Source: Nitrospirales bacterium (GTDB lineage: Bacteria; Nitrospirota; Nitrospiria; Nitrospirales; UBA8639). From it: DNA of 64,000 bases. Positions 9,235-19,419 of the stretch are shown piece by piece. Positions within the stretch are counted from its first letter, which is position 1, and the number at the start of each line of letters is the position of its first letter. Position numbers and translations under genes: made by a program. The stretch spans positions 992,001-1,056,000 of the forward strand of contig CBDCWC010000002.1 in assembly GCA_965223295.1 (NCBI GenBank). The letters are read 5' to 3'. The notes below the pieces were generated by a model. That model ran no database searches and was not told the origin of the DNA. It saw only the letters and a program-made list of their open reading frames with translations.

Positions 9235-10269
9235 ATGTCATTCGATACTACGGTCACGACGATCACACGCTCTATAACTCAAGTGCTCTTTATCGCCATG
9301 ACGTTCCTAGGCTTATCGACTGTGGCCTGGGCGAACAACCTCCCCTCTGTCGAAGCACAGTTGACCACATTGCCAGAAGTGCCTCAACCTGTAACGAGAA
9401 AAAACCCGGCCAAAGTAGTCGTGAATGTTGAGGCAAAAGAATTTGTAGGGACCTTAGCAGACGGTGTGCAATATAAATTTTGGAGCTTTAACGGTACAGT
9501 CCCTGGTCCGATGATTCGTGTTCGTGAAGGCGATACCGTCGAACTGCATTTAAAGAACCACGCCTCCAGTCAATTTCCACATAATATGGACTTACATGCG
9601 GTGAACGGCCCGGGTGGCGGCGCAGGTGCTAATTTAGCCGCTCCAGGACAAGAAGGGGTTTTTTCATTCAAAGCCCTAAACCCAGGCTTATATATTTATC
9701 ATTGTGCCTCTCCTGTCCCAAATATTCCGGCACACATAGCCAATGGCATGTACGGGATGATTCTTGTTGATCCTCAAGGCGGCCTTCCTAAAGTTGATCG
9801 TGAATATGCGGTGCTGGAAAGTGAGTTTTTCACACAACCCAGTGCTGAAAAAGGGATTATGGAACTTTCTATGGAAAAAGGATTAGCCGAGCACCCTGAT
9901 CATGTGGTGTTCAATGGCAAAGCCGGCGCGTTAATGGGCGAAGAACTGCAAGCCAAAACTGGTGAAACGGTCCGCCTCTTTATGGGCAATATCGGCCCAA
10001 ATGGAGCGTCGTCTTTTCACATTATTGGAGAGATTTTTGACACAGTCTATGTGGAGGGGGCCATTGGCGGAACCGTGAATGAAAATGTACAGACCACACT
10101 CATCCCTTCAGCCGGCGCCGCAATTATGGAATTCAAAGTGGACGTGCCGGGCGCCTATCTCCTCGTTGATCACAGTATTTTTCGAGTAGCCAAAGGCGCG
10201 GTGGGCATTCTGACAGTCACCGGAGATGAGAATACTTCAATCTTTAATGCGATGAATCCATCGAACTAG
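9235..10269 (+). CDS. nirK: Copper-containing nitrite reductase (AniA-type)
   Basis: HNMDLH, YHC..PVPNIPAHIANGMYG, SSFHIIGEIFD, VDHSIFR copper-ligand motifs; signal peptide; AGGAG RBS before ATG 9235. Confidence 0.95.
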   Translation: MSFDTTVTTITRSITQVLFIAMTFLGLSTVAWANNLPSVEAQLTTLPEVPQPVTRKNPAKVVVNVEAKEFVGTLADGVQYKFWSFNGTVPGPMIRVREGDTVELHLKNHASSQFPHNMDLHAVNGPGGGAGANLAAPGQEGVFSFKALNPGLYIYHCASPVPNIPAHIANGMYGMILVDPQGGLPKVDREYAVLESEFFTQPSAEKGIMELSMEKGLAEHPDHVVFNGKAGALMGEELQAKTGETVRLFMGNIGPNGASSFHIIGEIFDTVYVEGAIGGTVNENVQTTLIPSAGAAIMEFKVDVPGAYLLVDHSIFRVAKGAVGILTVTGDENTSIFNAMNPSN

Positions 10270-10275
10270 AAAGAC

Positions 10276-10398
10276 GTGAGGGAGTAAGGCGTAAGGAACC
10301 AGAGAAATGCAAGAAGAAAAACCGTATCTTTGGTCGAACAATGTTTTTCCTGGCCTTTGCTCCTTACTCCTTACTTTTCACTCCTAACTAACCTCACC
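10276..10398. repeat. Heptamer-based inverted repeat between convergent genes
   Basis: GTGAGGGAGTAAGGCGTAAGGA (10276-10297) pairs with TCCTTACTCCTTACTTTTCAC (10361-10381); degenerate heptamers continue to about 10398. Confidence 0.65.
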
Positions 10399-10399
10399 T

Positions 10400-10720
10400 T
10401 TATTGAGGATTTGGAGCCATGAAAACGAGCACTCGTAGTCGTTGTTCGGTGTGATTCACAACACCATGTTCTGCACCTGCAGGAGCCATCGTCCCTTGCC
10501 CCTCTCCTAAAACCTGGCTTTCCGCTCCAACTTGGAAGGTGCCCTGTCCTTCTAACACAAAGTACAACTTGTCCTGATCACTATGCGCATGGGCTTTTTG
10601 CACTTGTCCCGGCTCAAAACAATAGACATCACAAAAAAATCTTGGCGTTTCAAACACATTCAGTTTTTTCATTTTCTCAGAAGAAAACGTCTCGAAATCT
10701 TTCAAGCTGACAATCTTCAT
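10400..10720 (-). CDS. Cupin-2 domain protein
   Basis: FEPGQVQKAHAH..QDKLYFVLEGQG...APAGAEHGVVN. Confidence 0.9.
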   Translation of the reverse strand: MKIVSLKDFETFSSEKMKKLNVFETPRFFCDVYCFEPGQVQKAHAHSDQDKLYFVLEGQGTFQVGAESQVLGEGQGTMAPAGAEHGVVNHTEQRLRVLVFMAPNPQ

Positions 10721-10956
10721 TCACTCCCCTCCATTACTTAACAATTCCACATATTTTAAACACACCAGCTACAATATAGGAAAAACAACTCACAATTTCC
10801 TTCGTTTTCAGACTATTATACCTTGAAGCTGCCTAGGCCTGGTCTGATATGATAAGGGATCATTTTTTGTCGTTTTGAATCAATGATGTTACCGCATCGG
10901 ACATCGTTGATTCGAGAGCGACTCCTTCAGAAATTGGCTATGATGAAAGGATTCGC

Positions 10957-11592
10957 ATGAACACACCACTCACACGAACGATATTGCTGATCAGTGTCAC
11001 GTTGTTTTTCGCCTTTACGTCCATTGTCCCTCTAGCATTTAGCGCACTACAAGGCGAATATGAGATGATGGAAGGCGAGCCGTCGCTGCATGAACCAGGC
11101 AAAGTGATTTTGCTTGAGTTTGCCGATTTTTATTGTCCGCATTGCCATATGTTCGAGCGAGTCGTAGTCACCAAGCTTCAAGAGGAATTTGGCGATAAAT
11201 TTGAAGCCCGCATGATTGGATTCCCTGTCATGCCAGGAAAATTACCCACTGCCTTCGAAATGTATAACCAGGCCGTGACCATGGGCAAAGGCCAGAAGAT
11301 GAAGGAGATTCTTTTTCAATCCATACACGAAAAAGACATTCAGAATTTTGATAAGACCATGCGCACCCTGGTGATCAAGGAAGTAGGCTTAGATCCTGTG
11401 GAATTTGAATCTGGCCTGTCGAGCGGGAAACCTTTTCAAACTTTAGGGAAGGGGAAAGCCTGGGGAGAGCGCATTAACGTGACCCATACCCCAACCGTTG
11501 TGTTAGACGGCAATATTCGCATCAAAAACCTGACCTTTGAAAATCTCAAGCTCGTCATCCAAAGCATTCTGGATCAAGAAAATCAATCTTAA
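10957..11592 (+). CDS. DsbA-family thiol:disulfide oxidoreductase
   Basis: Signal peptide, FADFYCPHC active site, HTPT cis-Pro motif. Confidence 0.88.
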   Translation: MNTPLTRTILLISVTLFFAFTSIVPLAFSALQGEYEMMEGEPSLHEPGKVILLEFADFYCPHCHMFERVVVTKLQEEFGDKFEARMIGFPVMPGKLPTAFEMYNQAVTMGKGQKMKEILFQSIHEKDIQNFDKTMRTLVIKEVGLDPVEFESGLSSGKPFQTLGKGKAWGERINVTHTPTVVLDGNIRIKNLTFENLKLVIQSILDQENQS

Positions 11593-11630
11593 ACGATTCC
11601 ATCTCTTTTTTTAACAAAGGAGGCATTCTT

Positions 11631-11846
11631 ATGGGACGTAAGAAAAATGAGGCTGAATTTTTCCCTGAAATGAATGAAATTTTAGAAGGCATGCAAGAAC
11701 TCATGTGCGATGAGGATGGCAAGCCCTTGTCTCCGGATCATCCTCAATACAAGAAATTTACGGGCCTTATGGAAAACATTGCTGCACGTGCCCAACAGAG
11801 GGAACAAGGAGATCCTCCTGTTACAGGGCCTCAGGGCACGGCATAA
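11631..11846 (+). CDS. Small hypothetical protein
   Basis: 71 aa with strong AAGGAGG RBS. Confidence 0.7.
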   Translation: MGRKKNEAEFFPEMNEILEGMQELMCDEDGKPLSPDHPQYKKFTGLMENIAARAQQREQGDPPVTGPQGTA

Positions 11847-12032
11847 GTTAGAGCACAACTCGCTTCCATTCCACGCAAGCAGATTCACGACACCTCAAGA
11901 GGAGGGAACTCTAGAGCATCTGCTGTCAGGATCCCCGATTAAAAATCGAGACATCCTATGGCAGCCCTTCCCTTTCTCCTGTCCTATCAATTTCTGAGAA
12001 AATTATCGACACTTAACCAAAATTAGCGTGAC

Positions 12033-12749
12033 GTGCTTTTTTCCTTCAGAAATATTTTAGCTTTCACCTGGCCATTGCTCATCATGTTCGCCCTGGTCAT
12101 AACCTATGTGATGTGGCCAAAGTTTTTTGTCTCCTACATTTTTCAAATTCAGGAGCGCGAATTTCAATTGGTCGAAATCTTGACATTCTTGGCAGCAAGC
12201 ACGGCAGGTGGCCTCTTACTCATTTCCTTTTGGAACCTCTATAGGAAATCAAATTATTGGGCAGCAGGACTTGTTGGTATCATTGCCATGGCTGCCTTGT
12301 TTTTTGCAGGGGAAGAAATTAGTTGGGGGCAGAGTTATTTCCAATGGCACACCCCTTCATGGTGGACAAAAAACTTTTCAAGTGAGACAAATTTACATAA
12401 TTCTCGACTCCCAGTTCATCAACTCGCAGGATTGTTCATGTTTAGTATTTTTTTCCTCTTACCGCTATCGTGGAATTTTCGGCACATCCTTCATCTTCCT
12501 TCGGATCTGGCTCCTGCTATTCCAGAAGGCCCTGTCATCTCGGCCTTAGCCATCGCATTGGTTATTCGAGAAGTCAAAGGCATCTATCGTGCTTTTTCTC
12601 CACTTTGGTATCAAGAGGTCTATATCCCGTGGGTAGAAGTTCACGATAAATTTTATCAGGAATTTTTATGGGGCATGAATGAATATAGAGAAATGTTGGT
12701 AGCCCTAGCGCTTTTCATGTATGCGAGTTACCGAATAGTTAAATCCTAA
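12033..12749 (+). CDS. Hypothetical integral membrane protein
   Basis: Multiple TM segments; GEEISWGQ...ETNLHN motif of an uncharacterised membrane family. Confidence 0.8.
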   Translation: MLFSFRNILAFTWPLLIMFALVITYVMWPKFFVSYIFQIQEREFQLVEILTFLAASTAGGLLLISFWNLYRKSNYWAAGLVGIIAMAALFFAGEEISWGQSYFQWHTPSWWTKNFSSETNLHNSRLPVHQLAGLFMFSIFFLLPLSWNFRHILHLPSDLAPAIPEGPVISALAIALVIREVKGIYRAFSPLWYQEVYIPWVEVHDKFYQEFLWGMNEYREMLVALALFMYASYRIVKS

Positions 12750-12880
12750 GTCTTTTTGTGAGAAACATTTGCTCACAACTAGCCAACGAAGATGACCGGG
12801 AGTTTTACACACCAAGAATCTTAGACGTAAACTGTCTCACATGTTTTATTTTGATCTAAACTGCCTAGGAAAAGAATACA

Positions 12881-13192
12881 ATGTCACCAGACCCTAATAG
12901 CCTTGAAAGAATTAAAACCTTTATGGAGTTTATCCAAACGGCAACTCACGACGGTATCGAACTATCTTTTTTAAGTACTCCGACTGAGCATGGAGATAAC
13001 ATTAATGTTATGGCCACCATTAACGGTCAACGGGTGAGCCATGGGCTCCTCTTTTGGGATGTGAGCCTTCTTCAAGAACAAGGATTGGTGGATACATTGG
13101 ATGAGGAAGACAAAGCCCTGGGCCTCAACCTTACCGATGGCATGATAGAAGATGTTGAAAAAATTTTAGCCTTTGTTCAATCGGTTGCTTAA
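12881..13192 (+). CDS. Hypothetical protein
   Basis: 103-aa acidic ORF with AGGA RBS. Confidence 0.7.
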   Translation: MSPDPNSLERIKTFMEFIQTATHDGIELSFLSTPTEHGDNINVMATINGQRVSHGLLFWDVSLLQEQGLVDTLDEEDKALGLNLTDGMIEDVEKILAFVQSVA

Positions 13193-13347
13193 AAAAGCCA
13201 AAGGTAACTGCAACCGGCCTTCCAAGTCTCAGGACCTTCATGGTTTTGCGTAGATGGAAATTTGACTTTTTTGTGTTTTCCATTGCATAGTCAGACCAGT
13301 CCTTCCCTCTTTTCTTCCATTTACTCCCCCTCGAAAGGAGAAGCTCT

Positions 13348-13626
13348 ATGCGATACTTTTTGTTCATCGCCGTGGCAAGTCTAATGATATCCGGGTTGAG
13401 CACGATGGCTTACGCCGAACAAGAGACACTGGGAGGCCAAGGGATTCAGCATCAAGATGATGCGCGCGATACGATGAAAGAATTAGAGCGAAAAGGACAA
13501 GAAAAAGTTGATCAAGCCAAAGGCGAAGCCTCTTCACCAACTCGTGCCGAAGAAATTCAGACACAAAACAAGGAGAGCATCAATAATAAAATTGATGCCA
13601 TGAAAGAAGAAGTCATGGGTAGATAG
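13348..13626 (+). CDS. Small exported hypothetical protein
   Basis: AAGGAG RBS; signal peptide ending AYA; charged helical mature part. Confidence 0.75.
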   Translation: MRYFLFIAVASLMISGLSTMAYAEQETLGGQGIQHQDDARDTMKELERKGQEKVDQAKGEASSPTRAEEIQTQNKESINNKIDAMKEEVMGR

Positions 13627-13675
13627 ATCCTGTTCCAATTTCTTTCATTTGCGGATAACTTTCACCAATTTTGAG

Positions 13676-13716
13676 AAGCCCACACTGGATCGTATTCTAG
13701 GTGGGCTTTTCCTTTT
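13676..13716 (+). terminator. Terminator-like hairpin
   Basis: AAGCCCAC...GTGGGCTT followed by TTCCTTTT. Confidence 0.55.
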
Positions 13717-13973
13717 ACCAAAACTTCCGCGATCCCCTACCCTTCCAGATGCTTTTCAAATTGTCCATTTTCTGCCGTACGGCCTACAGGAAGCTCCCAG
13801 TTAACCACTAAGATTAGCGAGAATGAGCCACCTCGTTTTAGCGGCTAGAATCTATCGATATTGCTATTCTTGACCTAGCCAATAATAACCAGGCAATTTC
13901 AACTAGGCACTACAGCCTATTAGCAATGGTGACAGATCAGAGAGAGATGGGATGTGAAAATTTTTGGAGATTT

Positions 13974-14750
13974 TTAGACTTCTACAAGCGGAGCTTTATT
14001 TTCATGCTTTATGACTTGATCTAGAATTTTTCGATATTCCCGAATACGGCTGACGTATTGGACAGGTTCCCAGCCTCGTGCATAGCGATGCGGAAGTTGT
14101 CGATAATATTGTTTTTGGGCCAGAAGGGGAAGCACTTCTTTAATATCTTCCCATAAATTCGGGTTTTTACCTAACTTTCGACTCAATAACCGTGCATCTC
14201 TGACGTGTCCCAACCCGACATTATAAGAGGCTAAGGCAAGGTGCATTCTTTCATCAGGACTTTGAATTGCTTTGGGAAGGCGCTTATACAATTTTGCTAA
14301 GTAACGCGCACCACCCGCGATACTTTTCTTAGGATCGAGTCGATTTTTTATTCCCAAGTCCGAAGCTGTCGACCGCGTCAACATCATAAGGCCCCGTACA
14401 CCAGTTGGACTAATGGCATGCCGATTCCATTTCGACTCCTGATACGCCATCGAGGCCAGGAGCACCCATGGAATTCCCGTTTGTTCGCCAGCTTGTTGAA
14501 ATTCTTCCCGATAATTTGGCAGCCGAGTGGAAATATGCTTCAGAAACATTTGTACTTCATAGGAGGGCAAATTGGTACGTAGTTGCGGGACATGATCTTT
14601 ATGTGAAAGGGCGTTTCCCTCATGATGAGGGATTTCCCACAGCAACAGAACTCCGCCAATCAAGACCAGGACAAGAACTGATTGCCTCACAAGATCCATC
14701 ATGGTTTCTATTGCGTTGGAAAAACCTTTACATCGTTTCATGAGATTCAC
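13974..14750 (-). CDS. Lytic transglycosylase (SLT domain, MltF C-terminal-like); start uncertain
   Basis: AYQESKWN, SPTGVRGLMMLT, GGARYL, ALASYNVGLGHV, YARG.EPV.YV. Confidence 0.9.
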   Translation of the reverse strand: MNLMKRCKGFSNAIETMMDLVRQSVLVLVLIGGVLLLWEIPHHEGNALSHKDHVPQLRTNLPSYEVQMFLKHISTRLPNYREEFQQAGEQTGIPWVLLASMAYQESKWNRHAISPTGVRGLMMLTRSTASDLGIKNRLDPKKSIAGGARYLAKLYKRLPKAIQSPDERMHLALASYNVGLGHVRDARLLSRKLGKNPNLWEDIKEVLPLLAQKQYYRQLPHRYARGWEPVQYVSRIREYRKILDQVIKHENKAPLVEV

Positions 14751-15033
14751 TCACTTAAAACACGATCAAAGATAAAGCAATATTGAAGACCTGCAAGTGT
14801 AATTCTCTATAATCCCACGTTTGCATCAATCAAACAAGACCTATTTCGGCATGATATATGGGAGAATTTACTCACTTTATGCTTTTTTTCAGTTTGAATA
14901 CCCCAGACTTTGATGCAATAGAGGCAAACGAGCCAAAGAAAGTCATAAGATCATAGAAAATCTTGATGAAGCCATGATTTCATATTGTATTCGGTCACCT
15001 GAGGATAAAAATTAAACTACTCAAGGGCATGAT

Positions 15034-15231
15034 TTATGCTCTAGCCTTTTGCTGAGAAAAAACTGTCGCATCACAAGAAAAGTATTTAATCTGTTTGAGT
15101 GGAATAATGGTGACTTCTTTGGGAGTATCAATTTCTAAAATCTCCATATCATCACTAATGGTATGTCGAACCGCATCCCTAAATTCGACTTCTTGACTGT
15201 CCGTAAACACAACCTTTACCCAGTACTGCAC
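15034..15231 (-). CDS. Small hypothetical protein downstream of proC
   Basis: GTG start at 15231 preceded by AAGGAG; VQYWVKVVFTD... Confidence 0.7.
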   Translation of the reverse strand: MQYWVKVVFTDSQEVEFRDAVRHTISDDMEILEIDTPKEVTIIPLKQIKYFSCDATVFSQQKARA

Positions 15232-15290
15232 TGTGGACTCCTTTCGCAAATACGCACTCAACGAGCGTTTAACAAAATAAACAGAATCAG

Positions 15291-16103
15291 TTATTGTCCA
15301 AGCTCACCAGATCGATGGGTTGCCGCTTCAACCGCTTCAATCAATGTGGCTCGCAACCCACCCTCTTCCAATTGTTGAAGGCCGGTGATTGTCGTCCCAC
15401 CAGGTGAAGTCACTCTATCCTTCAGAACGGCTGGATGCTCACCCGTTTCATGCACCATCTTTGCTGCTCCCAAGACAGTTTGTACAGCCAACGTATGTGC
15501 CACGTTCCGTGGAAGGCCGACTCTCACCCCGCCATCGATTAGAGCCTCAATTACCAAGTAGACATAAGCAGGTCCGCTTCCACTCAATCCCGTCACCGCA
15601 TCCATCAAAGATTCCTCGATCACAACCACTTTGCCTACTGACTCGAAAATTTGTTGAGCCACATTCAAGTGACCTAAGCCTAAATCAGCACACCCTGCTA
15701 GAGCCGTCACGCCTTCTTGAATCACCGCTGGCGTATTAGGCATTGCCCGCACGAGAGGAATCGTTCGACCGATGATCGTTTGAATGTTGTGTATGGGAAA
15801 CCCCGCAGCAACGGATATCACAAGTTGCTTCTCTGATAGGCCAGAGTGAATTTCAGCTAAAACTTGAGACATGACTTGAGGTTTCACGCAGAGAATAATA
15901 ATATCGGCCCACGAAGCCGCATCAAGATTTTTGACCCCAACTTGGATATGATAACGATCGCGCAAAACATCTAAACGCGAAGGAGCAATATCCGTGGTCA
16001 ACAGGACATCTGGCTCTGCCAACTTGGAGGTGAGAATGCCAGATACCAAAGCTTCAGCCATATTGCCAGCACCAAGAAACGCGATTTTTAGATTAGAAAT
16101 CAT
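15291..16103 (-). CDS. proC: Pyrroline-5-carboxylate reductase
   Basis: FLGAGNMAEA, VKPQ, RAMPNTP, TGLSGSGPAY, VTSPGGTT. Confidence 0.97.
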   Translation of the reverse strand: MISNLKIAFLGAGNMAEALVSGILTSKLAEPDVLLTTDIAPSRLDVLRDRYHIQVGVKNLDAASWADIIILCVKPQVMSQVLAEIHSGLSEKQLVISVAAGFPIHNIQTIIGRTIPLVRAMPNTPAVIQEGVTALAGCADLGLGHLNVAQQIFESVGKVVVIEESLMDAVTGLSGSGPAYVYLVIEALIDGGVRVGLPRNVAHTLAVQTVLGAAKMVHETGEHPAVLKDRVTSPGGTTITGLQQLEEGGLRATLIEAVEAATHRSGELGQ

Positions 16104-16307
16104 GAGTCGAGTATAGCCGGAGCTTGCAGGGGGTTCAACTCATTCGATTAAGGAATCATCTTTACACAACACGCCGCCAACTAGAACACCATTTGTCATT
16201 GTTGATCAATTCTGACCTGTAGAGGTATATTGAGGAAGCTTCTTCTCATCCTCGACACACTATCTTCGCCAAGCCCCCTTCTTTTATCTCTAAGGAGGAT
16301 TTATCCA

Positions 16308-17438
16308 ATGACCAGATTTTCTACTTCAAACAGAGATTGCTGGAAACCAAGCTGGCTCGTTTGCTTGATTCTCATGTCTTTTTGCCTAACCGGATCTTTT
16401 GCAGAAGCTCGGAGAATTCATCTCACGCCTGAACAAAAAACACAGTTAGCCAAAGCAGAAACTATTCTCGTGAATGTTCTGGCCTTAACAGAAAAAGGCC
16501 CAACTGACAACACAGCTCTTTTAAAAACTGTTTCGTCTCGTCTGGAAGAAATGAACTATGTCGTAACTACAGATTCCAAGCAGCCGCATGACATTAAATT
16601 TAAAGTTAAATGTGAAGAACGCAAAACATGGACAGGGACTTCAGCCACAGGAGGAGATGTGGATTTGCCTGACGCCCCTGATCGTCTTTGGGAGGGCCCC
16701 GCTTGCCTTTTGACCTATCAATTGAACCATCGCGACCTAGAATGGAAAAAAGAAATTCGTACTGAATTTTCTAATGCTCAACAGGCTGCTCAAGAGGCCA
16801 ATGTCGCCAATGCTGGTGACTATGCCATTCAGCAATTAAATAAAGAGTTACAAGTATATGATTTTCCCGTTCTGCTCTCAGCCGAATGGGGCCAGGTCGA
16901 TCGATTGCTTCAACTGTTAGAAAACCCTAAAACCTCCAAACTCCGAAAAGCTAAAATATTGTCTGTCCTCAGTGGATTGAATGCAGAAGAGGCCCTACCA
17001 AAATTAACCCAACTACTTGAGTCAGCAGATCTCCAGCAGGAAACGATCAACGCCATGGCCGGAGCAGGCGTTGATTCCATACCTTTATTAATTGACTTTT
17101 TTCAAACCAGCAAAGAATCTCTAATTCGGGCAGCAGCGGCAAAAGCACTTGGGAATCTCGCCGCAAAAACTGGCGACCCTCGTCCCATTCCTCCTTTGGT
17201 TCAGTACGTTGAAACCATATTACCTCAACTAAAATCGTCCGAAGACATTGACTTTCCTCTCTTAACCGAGGTGGCTTGGGCCATCGGCAAATCTCGCTGG
17301 GAGGGATCATTTAAACCAATCGGAGAATTGCAAGAAAAAATTTGGATTATTTTTGACAACTCAAAGGCCATGGCGGACCTTCGAGAGGCCACAAGCTGGA
17401 CGTACAAACAATTAGATTTAGATGGTCATGTTAGCTAA
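16308..17438 (+). CDS. Exported HEAT-repeat protein, paralog 1
   Basis: AAGGAGG RBS before ATG 16308; signal peptide; IRAAAAKALG HEAT-like motif. Confidence 0.8.
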   Translation: MTRFSTSNRDCWKPSWLVCLILMSFCLTGSFAEARRIHLTPEQKTQLAKAETILVNVLALTEKGPTDNTALLKTVSSRLEEMNYVVTTDSKQPHDIKFKVKCEERKTWTGTSATGGDVDLPDAPDRLWEGPACLLTYQLNHRDLEWKKEIRTEFSNAQQAAQEANVANAGDYAIQQLNKELQVYDFPVLLSAEWGQVDRLLQLLENPKTSKLRKAKILSVLSGLNAEEALPKLTQLLESADLQQETINAMAGAGVDSIPLLIDFFQTSKESLIRAAAAKALGNLAAKTGDPRPIPPLVQYVETILPQLKSSEDIDFPLLTEVAWAIGKSRWEGSFKPIGELQEKIWIIFDNSKAMADLREATSWTYKQLDLDGHVS

Positions 17439-17455
17439 TACAATTTATACCGATA

Positions 17456-18574
17456 ATGCCGAGGAGGTTACGAATGAGGGTTTGGCTCACTACTGCCCTA
17501 TTGGGGTTCATATTTATTGGAATACTGACATCAGAAGGGTTAGCTCGCCGGACGTATTTTACTGCCGAACAAAAAGCTCAGCTCCAAGCAATTCAGACCA
17601 TTTGGGTGAAAGTCTTGGCATTAACCGAACGTGGAAAAGGTGATGGACAAGCCATCCAGGACATTATCCGAAAACGGCTCACTAACCTTGGCTATGATGT
17701 TGTCACAAGTCGGGACGACAAATCAGATGTCATGCTGATGGTGAAGTGTGAAGAACGAAAGAAATGGTCAGGCACGACACGTGCTGGTGGAGATGCTGAC
17801 CATGAAGATTCGCCTGCCCGCCTATGGACAGGACCAGCCTGTCATTTTTCGTACCGCCTCAATGGAAAAGATCTTGGGTGGCAAAAAGAAGCCCGGACGG
17901 ACTTTGAAGATTCTGTGGTCGCCGCGAAGGCGGCCAACGCTCCAAAGTCCGGTCCTTATGCGCTAGACCAGTTGGCCAAACGGTTAGAAACCTTTGATTT
18001 CCCAGTTATGCTTGCAGCCGAATGGGGACACGATACCCATCTTTTCACATTGCTGAAAGATCCAGAGACCCCTAGACCCAGAAAGTTAAAGATTTTATCC
18101 TTGCTGCCTGACATGGAATCTCATGGCGCCCTGCCATTTATCAAATCGTTTTTTCAGGATCCAGAAATGGCAGAACCAGCAATTGTAGCATTAGCCGCTA
18201 CTGGAAGCGAAGCCATTCCCCTGCTCACAGAGGTCTTTCAAACGCACTCAGACTCAAAGATCCGGGCTGCGGCCGCCAAAGGCTTAGGAGAAATTGGGGC
18301 ACATACCGGTGATCCGGCAATTACCCCACCTATCCTTGATTACCTGATTGAAAATTTACGGCATATGAACTCATCCGCTGATATTGATTTTCCGGTGTTG
18401 ACTGAAGTGGTCTGGAGCTTAGGAAAACTCCGCAATGAAAACTCTATTCCACCTATGAGAGAATTAGAAAAAAAGGTGTGGCTGATCTATGACACCTCAA
18501 AAGAAATGACAGAACTTCGAGATGCAACAAATTGGACGATCAAAATGGTGGATATGGATGGCCAAATTCAATAA
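17456..18574 (+). CDS. Exported HEAT-repeat protein, paralog 2
   Basis: Colinear with paralog 1 (VLALTE.G, VKCEERK.W.GT, RLW.GPAC, DFPV.L.AEWG, DIDFP.LTEV.W). Confidence 0.8.
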   Translation: MPRRLRMRVWLTTALLGFIFIGILTSEGLARRTYFTAEQKAQLQAIQTIWVKVLALTERGKGDGQAIQDIIRKRLTNLGYDVVTSRDDKSDVMLMVKCEERKKWSGTTRAGGDADHEDSPARLWTGPACHFSYRLNGKDLGWQKEARTDFEDSVVAAKAANAPKSGPYALDQLAKRLETFDFPVMLAAEWGHDTHLFTLLKDPETPRPRKLKILSLLPDMESHGALPFIKSFFQDPEMAEPAIVALAATGSEAIPLLTEVFQTHSDSKIRAAAAKGLGEIGAHTGDPAITPPILDYLIENLRHMNSSADIDFPVLTEVVWSLGKLRNENSIPPMRELEKKVWLIYDTSKEMTELRDATNWTIKMVDMDGQIQ

Positions 18575-18714
18575 GGGCATCTCTAAAAACTGAAGATTTT
18601 TCTGAGGGCAAGGAAGCGGCGCGCGGAAAACCGCAGTGTATGGGCCGATACATGAGGATTTGAGCATGCGGCTGACGCCACCCTCGGGAAAAAGAACAGT
18701 TTTTAGAGGTGTCC
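18575..18714 (+). mobile_element. MITE-like palindromic element, family A copy 1 (140 bp)
   Basis: Terminal IR GGGCATCTCTAAAAACTG / CAGTTTTTAGAGGTGTCC; AATAA on both flanks (18570-74, 18715-19); close copy at 33921. Confidence 0.85.
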
Positions 18715-18805
18715 AATAAGCAAAGAATTATTCACTCCAAGCTCTCTTACCCTTTTAGGACTTAGCCGCAAAGAGAGGACAAGGCTGGGATGAGGGTTAA
18801 CGTAT

Positions 18806-19363
18806 TTGATGGTTAAGCCACAATATATTCATTCAAAGGGCCCTCATGCCGTATCAACACTCACGCTAATTATTTTTCTCAGCACGACTTTCAGTTCTCC
18901 TCTCCTAACTGATTCCCTCGCACAACGCATGGGAGAACAGGCCGAGATGGATCGGCTTGAGCAACAGGCAGATGATCTTGCCGCCCAACAAGACCCGGAA
19001 GGAGCAGCCTCGGCTATTGGCAAGGCCGCTATGATGGCCGACCTGTTAACAAAAGACTCTCAAGAGCCTACTGCTGAACAAATTTTTCATGGCGCATCCC
19101 ACCTTTTTCGTGCCCAAGAATTAGGCCTGCGGGCACTAGCCCTATTCGAACGAACTGGAGGCCAGCCACCAGCTCCAGCTGGAGTCTGCCACTATCTTGT
19201 CCAGAGTACTAATAAGTTACAGCTAGCTCAAACATTCCTAAAAAGCCCACTCATTATCAAACAAGAAAGTCTTCAGGCAAGACAAAAGAATCTTCTTAAT
19301 AAAAATGATGAATGGAAAAAGTTACTGGTCGGCTTACATGAAGACTTTGCGTGCCCGCACTAA
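18806..19363 (+). CDS. Hypothetical exported helical protein
   Basis: Signal-like N-terminus; GAASAIGKAAMMA; two Cys. Confidence 0.7.
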   Translation: MMVKPQYIHSKGPHAVSTLTLIIFLSTTFSSPLLTDSLAQRMGEQAEMDRLEQQADDLAAQQDPEGAASAIGKAAMMADLLTKDSQEPTAEQIFHGASHLFRAQELGLRALALFERTGGQPPAPAGVCHYLVQSTNKLQLAQTFLKSPLIIKQESLQARQKNLLNKNDEWKKLLVGLHEDFACPH

Positions 19364-19419
19364 CTCAACACACAATTAAGCTCCGCCTCGATCTTACTCC
19401 TGCTGCTCGAGTCACTTCA

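Noticed and set aside
12756-12778. TTGTGAG-N9-CTCACAA inverted repeat as an operator
   Set aside because: Single occurrence and no regulator nearby; cannot be distinguished from chance
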